Assembly (NCBI GenBank): GCA_964638425.1
Contig: CAZWYM010000004.1
Location: forward strand, 33,301-96,562
From: an uncultured Candidatus Saccharibacteria bacterium
Lineage (GTDB): Bacteria; Patescibacteriota; Minisyncoccia; Phycocordibacterales; UBA918
Reading direction: 5' to 3'
Length of the DNA: 63,262 nt
This document shows, piece by piece, positions 25,253 through 34,482 of this stretch. Under the pieces are notes generated by a model. It had not been told where the DNA came from, searched no databases, and worked only from the letters and a program-made list of their open reading frames with translations. The translations under genes and the position numbers were made by a program. Numbering within the stretch: position 1 is the stretch's first letter; every line of letters begins with the position of its first letter.

Positions 25253-28200
25253 ATGAAAACACAACCTCGTGATCAATTCAGTGAAGTAAGTCTCAAGCTC
25301 GCTTCACCTGAACGTATCCTTGAATGGTCAAAGGGAGAAATAACAAAACCTGAAACCATCAACTATCGAACACAACGTCCTGAGAAGCATGGACTTTTCG
25401 ACGAGCGGATTTTTGGACCAGTTGAAGACTACGAATGTGCGTGTAAGAAGTACCGCGGTATCAGATACAAGGGTATTACCTGTGAGAAGTGTGGTGTCGA
25501 AATCACTCGCTCAATCGTTCGACGTGAACGAATGGGTCATATTGACCTCTGTGTACCAGTGTCACACATTTGGTTCCTCCGTGGAGTACCAAGCCGAATT
25601 GCACTTATTCTCGGAACAAGCGCTGCTTCAATCGAGAAGGTGATGTACTTCGCTGGATACATCGTTACCAAGGTAAGTACCGACGAGAAGTCACGTATTC
25701 TCAAAGAGCTCGACGTTGAATTCAAAACGAAGTTCAAGGAGCTTGGTAGTGAGAATGCTCGCGAAGAACTCAAGAACCGCATGGATGAGATTAAGCGCGA
25801 AATTGAGAGTATTACTGAAGGTACTATTCTCGATGAGATGCACTACCACAAGTACTCAATGAAGTACTCAACACTCTTTCAGGCACGTATTGGAGCAGAG
25901 GCAATTTATGATATTTTCAAGAAGCTCGACCTCGTGCTTCTTCGTGACCGACTCGAAAAAGAACGTGAGACAGCAGGTGCTGCTGAGCGAACAAAGCTCG
26001 ACAAGCGTCTCTCACTCATCAAGGGAATGATTCATGCTGAGGTACGACCTGAGTGGATGTTCCTTATCCGACTTCCGGTTATTCCACCAGCACTAAGGCC
26101 TATGGTTGCACTTGAAGGAGGACGTCATGCGTCATCAGACCTTAACGACCTCTACCGACGAGTGATTAACCGAAACAATCGTCTCAAGAAGCTCATCGAC
26201 ATCATGGCTCCTGACGTTATTCTCCGAAACGAGAAGCGTATTCTTCAGGAAGCAGTTGATGCACTTATCGACAATTCAATTCGTCACGGCAACACTGCAT
26301 ACTCAGCAATGAGTCAGGCACAAAGGCGACCACTTAAGTCTCTCTCAGATTACCTCAAGAGCAAGCAAGGATACTTCCGACAGAACCTTCTCGGTAAGCG
26401 AGTAGACTACTCAGGACGTTCAGTGATTGTGATTGGTCCAGACCTCGCACTCGACCAGTGTGGTCTTCCAAAGCACATGGCGCTTGAACTCTTCCGTCCA
26501 TTCGTTATCTCACAACTGCTTGCACAAGAGCTTGCATACAACATTCGTGGAGCAGGACGTCTCATTGAAGACGGAGTTCCAGAAGTATGGGCAATCCTCG
26601 AAGATGTGATTAAGGACCGACACGTTCTCTTGAACCGTGCGCCAACACTTCACCGTCAGGGTATCCAGGCGTTCCGCCCAGTACTTATTGAAGGAAACGC
26701 TATTCAGGTTCACCCACTCGTATGTCGTGCATTCAACGCTGACTTCGACGGAGACCAGATGGCAGTACACGTACCACTCTCAGATGAAGCACAGTACGAG
26801 GCACGTGAAATCATCTCTGCAAATAAGAACATCTTGAAGCCAGGTAGTGCTGACCCAGTGGTATCAGAAAAACTTCTCGATATGGCACTCGGCGCATTCT
26901 GGATGACTAAGATTATTGATGGTGCGCAAGGTGAAGGAAAGTTCTTCCCATCACCAAACGCTGCGATTACTGCACATGACTTTGGTGTGGTAGACATTCG
27001 AGCAAAAATTAAGGTTCTTGCAACAGATACTCCAAAGTATGCTCAATACGAGAACAAGATTTTTGAAACATCAGTAGGACGACTCCTCTTTAACTCAGTA
27101 CTTCCAAGTGAGCACGACTTCATCAATGATGTCATTACACAGCGAACACTCTTTGGAATTATTATCGAAATCATCGATGATGAGGGAATTGGTGCGGTAC
27201 CAAAGATTGTTGACCGTATGAAGCGATTTGGTTTCCAATACGCTACTAAATCAGGAACGACATGGGGAATTGATGACGTAGTTGTTCCAGAAGGAAAGAA
27301 GGGGATTATTGAAGCGGCACGTGTAGACGAAGCTCGCGTTCTCGCATTCTTCAACGACGGTCTCATCTCACGAGATGAACGACGACGAATGATTATTGAA
27401 ATCTGGCACAAGGCAAAGACTGAAATTGAATCTATCCTTCCAGAGACTTTGGATGTAAACGGTTCTGCATACGATATGTGGAAGTCTGGAGCACGAGGAT
27501 CAATGGGTCAGATTGCCATGATGGCAGGTATGAAGGGTCTCATCATCAACACACGAGGAGAGACACTTGAATTCCCAATTCTTTCATCAATGAAGGAAGG
27601 TATGAGTCCAATTGAATACTTCATTACTACTCACGGTTCACGTAAAGGTCTTGCCGACACAGCGCTTCAAACAGCGAAGGCAGGATACCTTACTCGACGA
27701 CTCTTCGTTGTTGCGCAAGATGCAATCGTTACTGAAGATGACTGTAAGACAAAGGAGGGAGTTATCATCGGACGGGTCAGTTCATCAGGAATTGAAATTG
27801 CATTTTCAAAGGCAATTCGTGGACGAATCCTTTCAAGCGATGCAGTAACCAGCACTGGCGAGGTACTCTTCAAGAAGGGACACCTCCTCTCACGTGTTGA
27901 AGCTATGGTTGTTGAAAAGTCTGATATCCAAACAGTAGAAGTACGTTCACCAATGACTTGTAAGACACTTCAGGGTGTATGTCAGCAGTGTTACGGTATC
28001 GACCTCACGACAAACAAGCTCGTTGATATTGGAGAAGCGGTAGGTACTGTTGCTGCACAAGCGATTGGAGAGCCAGGTACTCAGCTTACAATGAACACAA
28101 AGCACGCAGGAGGTGCTGCGTCAGTCGGTGGAGACGTAACACAGGGTCTTCCTCGAGTAGAAGAAGTGTTCGAGAAGCGACAGCCTAAGGTTCCTGCAGT

Positions 28201-28909
28201 TATCTCTAAGACTGACGGAGTTATCACCAGTATCCGTACTGAAGGAAAGGAAAAGATTATCACTGTTGCACCAACACTCGGTTCGAAGTATGCAACAAAG
28301 AAGAATGATCCAATCGAGTACCCAGTACACTTCAGACGAGTGGTGACTGTTTCAGAAGGTGAAGCAGTAAAGCAAGGACAACTCCTCACTGATGGTTCTG
28401 TGCACCTTCCTGATCTCTTCAAGTACGCAGGAGAACAAGTAACACAGGAGTACATCATTAACGAAACCAACAAGATTTACGAACTTCAGGGAGTAACCAT
28501 TGCACGAAAGCACATCGAGCTTATTGTGAAGCAGATGATGAGTCGTGTGAAGATTACGAACGTTGGAGATAGTCACTTCACCGTAGGGGACGTTGTAGAG
28601 GAATGGATCTTTGTGAAGACTAATAATGAACTCAGGGAGGCGGGAAATGAGCCAGCGAAAGCAGACAAGCTCATCCTCGGTATCACTGAGACATCACTCT
28701 CACGAAAGAGCTTCCTCTCAGCAGCTTCATTCCAAAACACAACACGTGTTTTGATTAACGCCGCAGTTCGCGGAAGTGAAGACAAGCTTACTGGACTTAT
28801 GGAAAACGTTATCATTGGACGTCTTATCCCAGCAGGTACAGGATTTGTTGGAAGTAACAAGTACGAAGCAATCAAGCAGTTCACTGCAGATTCAAACGAC
28901 GAAGCGTAG
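25253..28909 (+). CDS. rpoC: DNA-directed RNA polymerase beta' subunit
   Basis: 1218 aa. Catalytic NADFDGDQMAVH, an N-terminal Zn motif (C.C.KY......G..CEKCG) and a bridge helix/trigger loop region. Confidence 0.97.
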   Translation: MKTQPRDQFSEVSLKLASPERILEWSKGEITKPETINYRTQRPEKHGLFDERIFGPVEDYECACKKYRGIRYKGITCEKCGVEITRSIVRRERMGHIDLCVPVSHIWFLRGVPSRIALILGTSAASIEKVMYFAGYIVTKVSTDEKSRILKELDVEFKTKFKELGSENAREELKNRMDEIKREIESITEGTILDEMHYHKYSMKYSTLFQARIGAEAIYDIFKKLDLVLLRDRLEKERETAGAAERTKLDKRLSLIKGMIHAEVRPEWMFLIRLPVIPPALRPMVALEGGRHASSDLNDLYRRVINRNNRLKKLIDIMAPDVILRNEKRILQEAVDALIDNSIRHGNTAYSAMSQAQRRPLKSLSDYLKSKQGYFRQNLLGKRVDYSGRSVIVIGPDLALDQCGLPKHMALELFRPFVISQLLAQELAYNIRGAGRLIEDGVPEVWAILEDVIKDRHVLLNRAPTLHRQGIQAFRPVLIEGNAIQVHPLVCRAFNADFDGDQMAVHVPLSDEAQYEAREIISANKNILKPGSADPVVSEKLLDMALGAFWMTKIIDGAQGEGKFFPSPNAAITAHDFGVVDIRAKIKVLATDTPKYAQYENKIFETSVGRLLFNSVLPSEHDFINDVITQRTLFGIIIEIIDDEGIGAVPKIVDRMKRFGFQYATKSGTTWGIDDVVVPEGKKGIIEAARVDEARVLAFFNDGLISRDERRRMIIEIWHKAKTEIESILPETLDVNGSAYDMWKSGARGSMGQIAMMAGMKGLIINTRGETLEFPILSSMKEGMSPIEYFITTHGSRKGLADTALQTAKAGYLTRRLFVVAQDAIVTEDDCKTKEGVIIGRVSSSGIEIAFSKAIRGRILSSDAVTSTGEVLFKKGHLLSRVEAMVVEKSDIQTVEVRSPMTCKTLQGVCQQCYGIDLTTNKLVDIGEAVGTVAAQAIGEPGTQLTMNTKHAGGAASVGGDVTQGLPRVEEVFEKRQPKVPAVISKTDGVITSIRTEGKEKIITVAPTLGSKYATKKNDPIEYPVHFRRVVTVSEGEAVKQGQLLTDGSVHLPDLFKYAGEQVTQEYIINETNKIYELQGVTIARKHIELIVKQMMSRVKITNVGDSHFTVGDVVEEWIFVKTNNELREAGNEPAKADKLILGITETSLSRKSFLSAASFQNTTRVLINAAVRGSEDKLTGLMENVIIGRLIPAGTGFVGSNKYEAIKQFTADSNDEA

Positions 28910-28925
28910 TCACTGCAAAGTGAAA

Positions 28926-28964
28926 CAAAACCCCAGAGAAGTTTTACTTCTCTGGGGTTTTGTT
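28926..28964 (+). terminator. Intrinsic terminator after rpoC
   Basis: aaaaccccagagaag-ttttac-ttctctggggtttt. Confidence 0.85.
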
Positions 28965-29035
28965 ATGGAGGGTAGCTGTTCCCATATAGAAAAACACCCA
29001 TTCGTGATGGGTGTTTGCTGTGTACTACCTATGAA

Positions 29036-29239
29036 CTATAAAAATTTCCCTGCTGTACGAAGTTGTTGATATGTTTGACGATATGCGACAACTTCGGCGA
29101 GAGAGCTCAAATGTGCCGGAAGCCCTTTACCCATAGCTACCTTTGTGGGTAATTCTGGGTCAATCTTTTCAAGATTTATTCGAGCGACTTTTAACTCCTT
29201 TTCGAGTCTTTTTACAACCGCTTCTTGTGTTTCTTTCAT
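29036..29239 (-). CDS. Hypothetical small protein (67 aa)
   Basis: ATG 29239 is preceded by aaGGAGattgta. A minus-strand terminator hairpin (28987-29013) lies downstream. Predicted helical, no motif. Confidence 0.55.
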   Translation of the reverse strand: MKETQEAVVKRLEKELKVARINLEKIDPELPTKVAMGKGLPAHLSSLAEVVAYRQTYQQLRTAGKFL

Positions 29240-29355
29240 TACAATCTCCTTGGGGTGGTGGAACAAGCAGCCAAGACTATACCACAATTTCAAGTCGAGT
29301 CAAAGATGTATTTTGAATTCGTTAATTCTGCCTCCTCACGTATAATAGACACACT

Positions 29356-31101
29356 ATGGCAACTCCGGTGGAACAAATTAAAGAACGCCTCTCAATACTC
29401 GATGTTATTGGTGGGTATGTGGAGCTCAAGCGCGCAGGTAAAAGTTACAAAGGGAAGTCACCCTTTACCAACGAAAAGACACCCTCATTCTACGTGTCAC
29501 CAGACAGAGGAATGTACTTTTGCTTCTCGTCACAAAAGGGGGGAGACATGTTCACCTTTATTCAAGAAATGGAAGGTGTCGACTTTAAAGGAGCGCTCAA
29601 AATTCTCGCAGAGCGAGCAGGTGTAGAGCTTGTTGCCGAAGACCCAAAGAAGCGTGATGCGCGCGAGACACAGTATGCACTCCTCGAAGCTGCGACTGAG
29701 TATTTCTTTACAGCGCGTGACGAAGCGCCACACGTCAATGAGTACATTGGCAATCGGGGAGTGAAGGCGACCACTGTGTACACCTGGAGAATAGGGTATG
29801 CCAAAGATGAATGGCGTTCACTCAAAGCGTACCTTACGGAGAAAGGCTTCACTGAAGAACAAATATTTAAAGCAGGACTCATAAAGAAAGCTGACCAAGG
29901 GAAGGAGTCATACGATGTTTTTAGAGACAGAATCATGTTCCCGATAATGGATTCATCGGGAAGAGTCGTTGCGTTTTCAGGAAGAACGCTTAAAAGTGAA
30001 CCAGGAATTCCAAAGTATGTGAACTCACCCGAGACAGAACTCTTCCAGAAATCAGAAATTCTCTACGGGTATGACAAAGCAAAGAGTGGTATTCGCCACT
30101 ATGATTTTTCACTTGTCGTTGAAGGGCAGTTTGATCTCGTTTTGGCACACCAGGCAGGGTACGCAAACACTGTTGCGGTTTCGGGGACGGCGCTCACGTC
30201 GCATCACATTATGCTCCTCCTCCGCCTTTCAAAGAAAGTGGTACTCGCGCTCGATGCAGATAGGGCGGGAATTAGCGCAGTGAAGCGTGTGGCGCTTCCG
30301 ATGCTCCAACACGGTATGGATGTAAAAGTCGCACACATGCCTGACGGGCAAGATCCAGCAGATGTGGTTCGTAATGACCCGCATGAGCTGAAGCGTATTG
30401 TTGGTGGCGCAGTGCACGTTGTTGAGTTTCTTCTCGATGTATTGCATGAGCACACGAAAGACGAGCGTACCTATAAACTAAGAGTGCGCGAAGAAATACT
30501 CCCGCTCCTCGTCGCTATTGATAATCGCATTGACCGAGAACACTTTGAGGGAATTATCGCCGAAAGAATAGGTGCAACCAAAGAGGGAATTCATTTTGAA
30601 GTAGAGCGACTCTACGAAGCTATGAAGCATTCTGGAGAATTAACCCGTATTGCGCCAAAGGTTGAGGAGAAAGTTGTACAAGAAGTACGTACCCACACGC
30701 AACGGCAAGCACTCGAGAGTCATCTCCGCGCACTCCTTCTCGTGCTCACTGATGAGCGGACATGGATTGCAAAGCGCATCACGACACACCTTCAGGCAAT
30801 CTTAGATTCCGAGGAGTACGCACAATTTATGAGTGATGATACAAAGCAGGTACAGCAGAAGGAAGTATTTACCATTGAAGAACAACTCGAAGGTGTTCGT
30901 GAACGACAGCTTCTCGAAGATATTTCAGATGTACTGACCCGCTTCTCACACATTGTTGCACGGGAAAGACTCGCAACACTTCGCGGAGTACTCAATACAA
31001 TGGGGGATGCGGAACGTCATGAAGAGACACTTGAAGCGTTAAGAAAAGCAAAGGAGGCGGAGAAGTTGCTCCAGACGAGTGTGGTGATAGAGGCAGAGTA
31101 A
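29356..31101 (+). CDS. dnaG: DNA primase with a degenerate zinc-binding motif
   Basis: ..SPFTNEKTPSFYVSP....YFCFSSQKGGDMFTF.. is the Zn-ribbon region with 3 of 4 ligands replaced. RNA polymerase core and TOPRIM motifs are present (..VVEGQFDLV.., ..LALDADRAG..). Confidence 0.9.
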   Translation: MATPVEQIKERLSILDVIGGYVELKRAGKSYKGKSPFTNEKTPSFYVSPDRGMYFCFSSQKGGDMFTFIQEMEGVDFKGALKILAERAGVELVAEDPKKRDARETQYALLEAATEYFFTARDEAPHVNEYIGNRGVKATTVYTWRIGYAKDEWRSLKAYLTEKGFTEEQIFKAGLIKKADQGKESYDVFRDRIMFPIMDSSGRVVAFSGRTLKSEPGIPKYVNSPETELFQKSEILYGYDKAKSGIRHYDFSLVVEGQFDLVLAHQAGYANTVAVSGTALTSHHIMLLLRLSKKVVLALDADRAGISAVKRVALPMLQHGMDVKVAHMPDGQDPADVVRNDPHELKRIVGGAVHVVEFLLDVLHEHTKDERTYKLRVREEILPLLVAIDNRIDREHFEGIIAERIGATKEGIHFEVERLYEAMKHSGELTRIAPKVEEKVVQEVRTHTQRQALESHLRALLLVLTDERTWIAKRITTHLQAILDSEEYAQFMSDDTKQVQQKEVFTIEEQLEGVRERQLLEDISDVLTRFSHIVARERLATLRGVLNTMGDAERHEETLEALRKAKEAEKLLQTSVVIEAE

Positions 31102-31102
31102 G

Positions 31103-31140
31103 AAAAAGCCCCGATTGTATATAAAATACAATCGGGGCGC
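31103..31140. terminator. Bidirectional terminator (dnaG and the micro-ORF)
   Basis: aaaaa-gccccgattgtat-ataaa-atacaatcggggc. Confidence 0.75.
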
Positions 31141-31155
31141 AGCCTTTAACTAATT

Positions 31156-31242
31156 TTAATGGCCTTGAGGGTGTCCGCAAGCGTAAGGAAGTGCAAATGC
31201 AATATGACCTGCCGGAGCATGGCCATGGTGAATCGTTTTCAT
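31156..31242 (-). CDS. Candidate micro-ORF encoding a His-rich 28-aa peptide (MKTIHHGHAPAGHIAFALPYACGHPQGH)
   Basis: Not in the ORF track (<60 aa). ATG 31242 is preceded by gAAGGAGaaacgt. The TAA stop is followed on the minus strand by the bidirectional terminator at 31103-31140. Confidence 0.35.
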   Translation of the reverse strand: MKTIHHGHAPAGHIAFALPYACGHPQGH

Positions 31243-31399
31243 ACGTTTCTCCTTCGGGTCTCGTTAAGAACAAAATCACAACGTGTGTGACTCACCAAAT
31301 ATAGCATAAAATAATGAAAAATAAAGTACTTTTATAGAGTTATATAAAAGCGTACAAAGGGATGGACTTTTCTAGCTTTTAAGGTATAGTAACGGTCAC

Positions 31400-32725
31400 A
31401 TGGCAAAAAAGGCAGTCGCAAAAAATAAAAAAGTAAAATCAACATCGCCTCGAAAAAAGGCGGTTATCAAAAAAACAGCAAAGAAAGCTGTTATCAAAAA
31501 AAAGAGTGTAGTCAAAAAAGCACTCAAAAGGACGCCAAAAAAAGCAGCTCCAAAGAAAATAGTTAAAAAGAAAGTTACTAAAAAAGTAGCGAGTACAAAA
31601 AAGGTTGTTGTAAAAAAATCAGCGCCCGTAAAGGCAAAGAAGCTTTCGAAGGGTGAGCTCGCGCAAGAACAAAAAGCGGAAGCACTACTCACTGTCGGAA
31701 GAACACGTGGGTACATTACCTATGATGAGATTCTGAAAGAGTTTCCAACGATTGAGAAGGATGTTTCTTTCCTTGAAGATTTATACGAGCGTCTATCGAC
31801 GGCAAGTATTGATGTTATTGGGGGAGGCGGAATGCTCGGGGACGACCTGGGGGATAGTCTCCTCGACCGAAAGAACGTATACAAGCGAAATGAAAGTTCG
31901 TACGACTCTATCCAGATGTACCTCCGCGAAATTGGGCAGTATCCACTTCTTACTGCACTCGAAGAGCGGACACTCGCAAAGCGTATCGTTGATGGTGACT
32001 CAGAAGCACGCAACCTTCTCGCACGCGCAAACCTCCGTCTCGTCGTTTCTATTGCAAAGAAGTATGTAGGACGAAGCCCCGACCTTACACTCCTCGACCT
32101 CATTCAGGAGGGTAACCTTGGTCTTTTTAAGGCTGTCGATAAGTTCGACTTCACGAAGGGATTTAAGTTCTCAACCTATGCAACGTGGTGGATCAGGCAG
32201 GCAATCACTCGAGCGCTTGCAGATCAGTCACGAACTATTCGTATTCCAGTACACATGGTAGAAACAATGGCGAAGTACAAGCAGGTATCACGACGACTCT
32301 CACAAGACCTCGGACGTGACCCAATGGCAGAAGAGATTGCAACAGAAATGGACGTCGAAGTTGAGAAAATTTACCAGATTGAAAAAATCAGTCAGGATAC
32401 TATTTCACTCGAACTTCCTATTGGAGATGACGATGACCGTTCACGACTCTCAGACTTTATTGCCGACGACAAAATCATTTCTCCAGACCAAGAGGTTGCA
32501 CACCGTATCCTCGCAGACCAAATGCAAGAAATTCTTTCTTCACTTTCAGAGAAGGAGCGAAAGATTCTCGAAATGCGTCATGGTCTCCTCGACGGTACGT
32601 ACCACACCCTCGAAGAGGTGGGGAAGGAGTTTGGAGTGACGCGAGAACGTATTCGACAAATTGAGGCTAAGGCACTCGAAAAGATACGACAACACGATAA
32701 GGCACGTCGATTGAAGAGCTACTAG
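31400..32725 (+). CDS. rpoD: Primary-type sigma-70 factor with an ~85-aa Lys-rich N-terminal extension
   Basis: Region 1.2 ([11 protein letters not shown]), region 2 ([33 protein letters not shown]), region 3, and region 4 ([20 protein letters not shown]). The N-terminus is [17 protein letters not shown]-type repeats. Confidence 0.93.
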   Translation: MAKKAVAKNKKVKSTSPRKKAVIKKTAKKAVIKKKSVVKKALKRTPKKAAPKKIVKKKVTKKVASTKKVVVKKSAPVKAKKLSKGELAQEQKAEALLTVGRTRGYITYDEILKEFPTIEKDVSFLEDLYERLSTASIDVIGGGGMLGDDLGDSLLDRKNVYKRNESSYDSIQMYLREIGQYPLLTALEERTLAKRIVDGDSEARNLLARANLRLVVSIAKKYVGRSPDLTLLDLIQEGNLGLFKAVDKFDFTKGFKFSTYATWWIRQAITRALADQSRTIRIPVHMVETMAKYKQVSRRLSQDLGRDPMAEEIATEMDVEVEKIYQIEKISQDTISLELPIGDDDDRSRLSDFIADDKIISPDQEVAHRILADQMQEILSSLSEKERKILEMRHGLLDGTYHTLEEVGKEFGVTRERIRQIEAKALEKIRQHDKARRLKSY

Positions 32726-32727
32726 TC

Positions 32728-32845
32728 GAGTTGTATTTTCACCCCATCTACTTTGTTGTCTTCGTCGTGACGACGGTCATCGTACGCTTGTACGCCTCCC
32801 GTCCTCACTCCTCGACGCCTCGTATCTGAGGCAAAAATCCAACTC
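32728..32845 (+). repeat. Imperfect-palindrome element, copy A (118 nt)
   Basis: Basal helix gagttgtatttt / aaaatccaactc (11/12). Box tactttgtt at 32749-57. Helix gtga-c-gacgg / ccgtc-c-tcac. Apical tcatcgtacgcttgtacgcctc at 32777-98. Confidence 0.75.
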
Positions 32846-32864
32846 TTTCGAAAATGAAAGTAAC

Positions 32865-32899
32865 AAAACCTCTGAAAAGCTAAGCTTTTCAGGGGTTTT
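32865..32899 (+). terminator. Intrinsic terminator after rpoD and element A
   Basis: aaaacctctgaaaagc-taa-gcttttcaggggtttt. Confidence 0.85.
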
Positions 32900-32924
32900 A
32901 TTATGATGTGTGTTGGGGATTAGT

Positions 32925-32944
32925 GACAAAGGGTCACCCTTCGC
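32925..32944. repeat. Short palindromic element gacaaagggtcacccttcgc, inverted partner of 34292-34311
   Basis: The reverse complement of 34292-34311 (gacaaagggccacccttcgc) matches 19/20. Both lie just after near-identical terminators. Confidence 0.7.
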
Positions 32945-33014
32945 AGGATTTGTGGTGCGTGTGATGACGTGTGTTGGGGATTGGGGAGGGGTGGGTAGGG
33001 TATACTACTAGTAT

Positions 33015-34214
33015 ATGAAAATTGTATTATCACGACGGGAGGTTTTTCTCGCGATGGGGTTGGTGTTTTTGTTTTTATCAGTAACTTTTGCATTTTTACC
33101 AGCACAGGCGAGTGCTTCGGAATGTAGCTTTAGTCGTGACCTTGAATTTGGCGATACGGGTGAGGACGTAAAATGCTTGCAAGAGTATTTGAATGATACT
33201 TCATACACGATTGCACTGAGTGGTGTTGGCTCAAAGGGCATGGAGACAGGTGAATTTAAAACCCTTACCAAAGAAGCGCTCATGAAGTGGCAGAGTGCAA
33301 ACGGAATTGCACCAGCGAGTGGATACTTTGGTCCGAAGTCTCGAGCGACATACATGGTATTGGCGAAGAACGGAATCACCTCTATCCCACCAGTTCCTGT
33401 AGTGTCGCTACCTACACCAAATCCGGTTACTCCAGCGACGGTAAAGTCTTCTGATAATTCGAGTTCGAAAGTAGAGGACGAAAGTTCTCGAGACGTGATT
33501 CTTGATGCAATAGATGCAATAGAGGAAGCAGAAGATGAAATCGACGATAACCCAAGCGCAGAGGATATTGATTCAGCAAAAGAAAACCTTGATGATGCAC
33601 GGAAGGATTTGATGGACGCAATACGGTCGTATTTCGAGGGAGAATTCGATGATGCAGAAAATCAGGCAGAAGACGCATTTAATAATGCGCAAAACGCAAT
33701 CGAGGATGCAGGAGGTGAGTCGAAGAGCCAAGAAGCTGAAGATGCTATAGGCGATGCACAAAATGCAATAGACGACGCACAAGATGAGATCGATACTGCA
33801 GAGGATGATGGAGACGATGTTGATGATGCACAAGATTTGCTCGATGAAGCGCAAGACCTTCTCGATGATGCAGAGGATGCACTCGACAATGACGATGAGG
33901 ATGAAGCTATCGACCTTGCGCAAGATGCAGAAGACAAAGCAAATGACGCAGTTGATGAAATAGGGAACGGCGGAAGTAACGATGTCGAAGATATGCTCGA
34001 CGACGCTCGAGATGACCTCGATGATGCACGGAATGACGTAGATGACGCTATTGATAACAACGACGATGTCGGCGATGCAGAAGACTTCCTCGATGACGCA
34101 GAAGACCTTCTCGATGACGCTGAAGACGCAATCGACAATGGCGATGAGGCTGAGGCAGAAGACTTGATTGATGATGCGCTCGACCTTATAGACGATGCTC
34201 TAAACGAACTCTAG
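33015..34214 (+). CDS. Exported protein with a peptidoglycan-binding (PG_binding_1-like) domain plus a ~240-aa polyacidic helical-repeat region
   Basis: Signal/anchor MKIVLSRREVFLAMGLVFLFLSVTFAFLPAQASA. ..GDTGEDVKCLQEYLN.....G.F...T..A...WQ..NGI.ASGYFG..S is PG-binding-like. It is followed by DDA.D.LDDA.D-type repeats that appear about half Asp/Glu by eye. Confidence 0.75.
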   Translation: MKIVLSRREVFLAMGLVFLFLSVTFAFLPAQASASECSFSRDLEFGDTGEDVKCLQEYLNDTSYTIALSGVGSKGMETGEFKTLTKEALMKWQSANGIAPASGYFGPKSRATYMVLAKNGITSIPPVPVVSLPTPNPVTPATVKSSDNSSSKVEDESSRDVILDAIDAIEEAEDEIDDNPSAEDIDSAKENLDDARKDLMDAIRSYFEGEFDDAENQAEDAFNNAQNAIEDAGGESKSQEAEDAIGDAQNAIDDAQDEIDTAEDDGDDVDDAQDLLDEAQDLLDDAEDALDNDDEDEAIDLAQDAEDKANDAVDEIGNGGSNDVEDMLDDARDDLDDARNDVDDAIDNNDDVGDAEDFLDDAEDLLDDAEDAIDNGDEAEAEDLIDDALDLIDDALNEL

Positions 34215-34247
34215 GTTCTTCATTTGGAGATTGAGAGGGAATATGGG

Positions 34248-34283
34248 AAAACCCCTGAAAAGCTTCGCTTCTCAGGGGTTTGC
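34248..34283 (+). terminator. Intrinsic terminator, near-duplicate of the one at 32865-32899
   Basis: aaaacccctgaaaagc-ttc-gcttctcaggggttt. Confidence 0.8.
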
Positions 34284-34291
34284 TATTTTTT

Positions 34292-34311
34292 GCGAAGGGT
34301 GGCCCTTTGTC
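34292..34311. repeat. Short palindromic element gcgaagggtggccctttgtc, inverted partner of 32925-32944
   Basis: See the partner feature. Together they bracket the PG-binding polyacidic protein gene. Confidence 0.7.
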
Positions 34312-34482
34312 AGGTGGGGGATGTATGGGACATGGTGAGTAGAAAAGAGGGAATATAAGGCACAATCTCGTATATTTGACAGATTGTCAAATATAGAGTA
34401 CTATTTTACGCAGAAGTTTAAGCTCTTACAGGGGATGTCGGCACCTCTTTCAATGCCGATTTTGACAACAGGAGAAATAATT

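Noticed and set aside
30992-31279. 95-aa minus-strand ORF between dnaG and rpoD.
   Set aside because: It overlaps the dnaG 3' end and reads straight through the bidirectional terminator hairpin. The 28-aa SD-preceded ORF in another frame explains the region better.
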